Part shown: in pieces, positions 59,979 through 64,000 of the stretch | Numbering within the stretch: position 1 is the first letter of the stretch | How the letters are laid out: the number at the start of each line of letters is the position of its first letter | Position numbers and translations under genes: made by a program | Notes under the pieces: generated by a model | What the model was told of the DNA's origin: nothing | Database searches by the model: none | The model's input: the letters and a program-made list of their open reading frames with translations, nothing else | Assembly: GCF_006345805.1 (NCBI RefSeq) | Contig: NC_043003.1 | Coordinates: forward strand, 105,462,001 to 105,526,000 | Source of the DNA: Octopus sinensis | Lineage: Eukaryota | Length of the DNA: 64,000 nt | Direction of reading: 5' to 3'

Positions 59979-60750
59979 CATCATCATCGTTTAACATCCG
60001 TTCTCCATGGACGGTTCAACCGGGGTCTGGGACGCCAGAAGGCTGCACCAGGCTCCAGGCTGATCTACAGTTGGATGCCCTTCCTAACGCCAACCACTCT
60101 GTGAGTGTAGTGGGTGCTTTTTACGTGCCAGGCAAGGCTTGCAATGGCCATGATCAGATTGGTGCTTTTTACATGCCACCGGCATGGAAGCCAGTCAAGG
60201 CGGCACTAGCATCAGCCACGTTTAGATTGTGCTTTTTACATGCCACTGGCACAGGGATCACAACTACAATTTCCATTGATTTTTGATGTTGGTGTACTTG
60301 ACTCAATAGATCTCCTCAAGCACAGGGTCGAAACGGTGTTTCTTTACTTGCCACCTGCACAGGAGTCAGTCCAGCGGCACTGGCAACTGCTGGGTGCCAG
60401 TCTTAGGATTGGTTCAATTTCGATTCCAATCTCACTTTCCCCAACAGGTCTTCACAAGCAGAGTTTAGTGTCCAATGAAGGGAGGTTGGCATGGGTGCCA
60501 GTCGTCGGATGAGGTTCAATTTCGAATTCAATTTCGACTTCACTTGCCTCAACAGGTCTTCACGTGTCCAAGGAAGGAAAGGCATGCATAAGTGGGCTGG
60601 CTACATCCCTGGCAAGGGACATGTGATGGACTCACTTGTCCTGCCGGGTCTTCTCACACACAGCATATTTCCAAAGGTCTTGGTCACTAGTCATTGCCTC
60701 AGTGAGGCCTAAAGTTTGAAGGTCGTGCTTCACCACCTCGTCCCAGGTGA
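59978..60750 (-). mobile_element. Longest RTE 3' fragment: ORF2 C-terminus plus the whole modular 3' UTR
   Basis: Minus strand reads WDEVVKHDLQTLGLTEAMTSDQDLWKYAVCEKTRQDK*, then ~620 nt UTR and (GAT)n; this links the (CAT)n repeats to an RTE LINE. Confidence 0.85.
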
Positions 60751-60753
60751 GAC

Positions 60754-60833
<80 letters not shown>

Positions 60834-60834
60834 A

Positions 60835-61857
60835 TTGGGTTGGCAACTAAGTTCCCGCCGTTTTTTTAAATTAAAATTTTTTGAAAGGTTTAATAAAAAA
60901 TAACAACTAATTAATCAATAATGTACTCACCCTTGTTGTTTACAACTTCTTCCCAATGTTCAACAAGATTTTCATTACCTCGTTGGTAGAAATCACCCAA
61001 TTTCGACTTTAAAAATCGATCCAACCAAGCTCTCAATTCTGTATCAGTATTGAACGAAACTCCGCGCATAGCATTTGAAAAAGATCGAAAGAGGTGGAAA
61101 TCCGTTGGTGCCAAATTAGGAGAGTACGGCAGGTATGGCAGCACTTCCCAGCTATGCGTTTGAATGGCTTCCTTGATCATATTGGCGACATGAGGGTGGA
61201 CGTTGTCATGCAGCAGAAGAACTCCATGCTGCCAATTAGGTCTTTTCTCTTGAATAGCTGTGTTGAGTCGTTCCATGTTGACCGTTTGGTTCTGTTCAAG
61301 CAATTCATAATGGATAATCCTTTCTCAGTCCCCTCTATACGCACAACATCATTTTACACGGATGAAGATCTTGTTTCACGCGCGGTGTCATTTGATTACC
61401 AGGGCTAAGCCATTCCTTATGCATCATATTGATGTACAGGCACCATTTTTCATCACCAGCAATGATTCGGTAAAGAAATCGTTGCTTGAGTCCATGAGTT
61501 GAGCGGTGATGAGCAAGAAAACCAGCGAAGATTGTTGCTTGTCGATTTTTGTTGTTGTCACTTAAAGCATGCGGAACCCATGCTCGATACTTCTGAACCT
61601 TTTCCATCAAGTGAAGATGCTTCTCTATATATTTACAACCAAAAGCCCTACCATACATCTCCACACACAATCCCCTTAACAATGAAGTCTTCAACACCAT
61701 CCTCCAGAACATTCTCCAACTAAAAAGGGACCACAGAATGAATTTAATCCTCCAAACGCACACCATCATAAAGAGCGAAAGACAACCCAAATCTATGAAA
61801 AGCTTCCTAACACAAGTCCAAGTACACTCGACAATAACACTGAAGCCGTGAGTAAAA
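60835..61857 (-). mobile_element. Mariner (DD34D type) lacking its 5' end
   Basis: TA|TTGGGTTGGCAAC TIR; WVPHALS, IIAGDEKW, LLHDNVHPH, YSPNLAPTDFHLF, GEYIID. Confidence 0.88.
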
Positions 61858-62605
61858 AAAAAAATGCAGACGACCTAACTGTGGTATATGCGTCAACCTA
61901 ATTGAGAGATCGGAGTTCTCTTTCAAACAGGGTCAACGTTTTACAGTGAAAAACAACTTCACGTGTGCTTCGGAAAACCTAATAAATGTATTAACTTGCT
62001 CAGGGTGTCGAGAGCAATACATAGGCCAAACCAAAAATAGTCTACGTCAAAGGATGACTCTACATAGATCCCAGATAAAAATTCAGGAATATAGAAAAAT
62101 AGCATTCAGTGAACACATTGACATTTGAGCCATTAACGAACAACCCAGCTTCAGAATTTCCCCTCTATAAATTCAGGGACGATGCAACCTGTAATTAGCA
62201 CATTAAAAAAGAGTCATATTTTATCGCAAAATATAAACCCCTTTTGAATGCATCCACCACAAATGACAATACTACAAGGGCCTCAGAATAATACCCATGC
62301 AAATATTAAAAATGATATATTCAGAACAGTCACTAACCATGAATTTATTCAGAACAATTCCAAACCACTACTGCTATAACCAGAACAGTTCACTTTTAGG
62401 TCACTTGACCATTTAAGAGGATTCTACCAGCATCCTACTACTGTCATACCACTCCCGTATTTTTATTCTTTCTGTTCTTTTCCTACTCCCTCTTCTTCCT
62501 CTTCGCTGCCTCCTTCCTCAGCTGCTTAGACAATCAAAACCCAGAACTCATATCAAATATTCTTTTAGAACTGCGACTACCTACAACCAAGCCTTCACAA
62601 GAATA

Positions 62606-62658
<53 letters not shown>

Positions 62659-62900
62659 AAGAGAAAGAGAGAGAAAGCGAGAGAGAGGGGCAGAAAAAAA
62701 GGAAAATGCCCCTTATATTTGAAAACTATGGAAATATTTAAAAAAAAAACATTTCATTTAATTTTTCCACAATTTAATTGTTTTTCATGCTTTACTCTGA
62801 GCTGAAAAAGTCGCAAAGACTGAAACCGGTACTAAAATGTTCTTCATGATAAAATTATTTTAGCATTTTCTACCTTGTCTTATTTTCCTTATATACCATT
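61858..62900 (+). mobile_element. Penelope-like (Neptune-type) 3' fragment: GIY-YIG plus 3' repeat with decayed hammerhead
   Basis: KKCRRPNCGIC...KNNFTCASENLINVLTCSGCREQYIGQTKNSLRQRMTLH; CTGAAAAagtcgcaaagactGAAACCGGTA at ~62812-62842. Confidence 0.82.
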
Positions 62901-62941
62901 CAGGAGAGATGCCCCGTCATTTATGTGTACTCGAAACGAGG

Positions 62942-63593
62942 CTCCTGAATGGGACCGGATGCAAGTTATCTCCCTTGTTCATGACTTACAGGTGTTTTAA
63001 CACCAGGCAAATTGATAAGAATATATTCTCTTACGCCTATAAGCGCAGCCTAACCCGAACTAGCAAAATGTATGCCTTGTGTGTTTGATGTTGTTTATAT
63101 CTCTTGAGCTGCTTCTAATTTATATTTGAATTTTTTTCCCCGTGATATGAAACATTGGAACAGCAGATGGTTCTTGCACCATATTGTTATACTTCGGGAC
63201 GGTTGTTTTTTTTTCCTTTTCAAATAAACACGCACTAGCTATTCTTTCTTCACTTGTTTATTATTGTTCTTATTTTATTTCCTTTGTCTGGAAATCTTTC
63301 GTCACACATCCTGTAACCTCTTCAGCAACTCTCCATACCCCATGTCTCCTGTTCTGTTTTTCTTACACCATTTTGCATATAGTCATAGATAGTGATTTAG
63401 CTTGCATCGGGCCTCATTTCAGGTATGCGGTATTGATAAGGCACAAAAATGACGAAACATCGATGTCTGTCACTCCTGAATGGGACCTAGAGTGAATTAC
63501 CTCGCTTGTCTATGACTTCAGGTGTTTTAAACACCAGGCGAATTGATGAGAATACATTCCCTTACACCTATAAGCGCAGCCTGCCCACGAACT
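62942..63593. repeat. Two diverged ~120-bp direct repeats 531 bp apart
   Basis: ctcctgaatgggacc...caggtgtttta(a)acaccagg..aattgat(a/g)agaata..ttc.cttac.cctataagcgcagcct at 62942-63061 and 63473-63593. Confidence 0.8.
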
Positions 63594-63860
63594 GAAAATT
63601 TTCAGATGATTAACATTCAAGCATAAATATATAATTATATCTATATATTAATAGAGCAAACCTACTCAGATTATATAGATTCAAAGAATTAGAAGGGAGA
63701 AGGTGTGATGTTAGAAGTCCGATAGCTGTTTCTGACAAATTGTGCATCTTGTTCCAGGTAAATGAGTAAAAATGCAGTCACTGTGTCTGCATAGTCTCTT
63801 GCGTTGAGAAAAGCGGCAGATTTTTGGGTTTCACGTGATCATTATTTTACTTTATTAAAA

Positions 63861-64000
63861 TACAAGCATTATCACCCGGCGTTGCTCAGATTTGTTTCGA
63901 CCCTTTAGAATTGGAATTTTTGAAAGTAAAAATGTTGCATTATGTAGCTTGTTATTCTCTTTAAGTGAACATTTTCCTGGTTGAAATACACTGAAAAATG
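63861..64000 (+). mobile_element. 5' end of a Helitron/Helentron-type non-autonomous element (runs off the window)
   Basis: tacaagcattatcacccggcgttgctc resembles the ACTAG...CCCGGCGTTGCTCGG 5' hairpin of such elements. Confidence 0.5.

Overview
AT-rich, microsatellite-laden eukaryotic DNA. The repeat families (tRNA-headed SINEs, RTE 3' ends with (GAT)n tails, Penelope-like elements, mariners) look like an octopus or other coleoid cephalopod genome; this is an inference. Only one host gene can be supported: a 5-exon + strand TMEM237 (ciliary transition-zone protein) orthologue at 7808-25450. Its exons join in frame at GT-AG junctions to give 413 aa, or 398 aa from the second ATG. The rest is largely mobile DNA. 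It includes a Merlin-like foldback MITE with an 8-bp TSD just upstream of TMEM237, a 100-bp satellite grown from an RTE 3' UTR, two related ORF1-only (HAL1-like) retroelements (one with a 13-bp TSD), Penelope-like relics of two types, a full-length Chapaev3-like transposon, several mariner/DD37D copies, Gypsy, CR1, HERO and RTE fragments, Helentron/Helitron MITEs and a 5'-truncated tRNA-Gln copy. The most unusual signals are (i) a tRNA-headed SINE-like element carrying a minimal hammerhead ribozyme and a Penelope-style inverted end (45064-45427), (ii) a near-intact hammerhead in the sense strand of TMEM237 intron 3 with an upstream antisense copy, and (iii) the ORF1-only retroelements. All family assignments are from motif recognition; no database search was run. 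Boundaries without TSD/TIR support are approximate.
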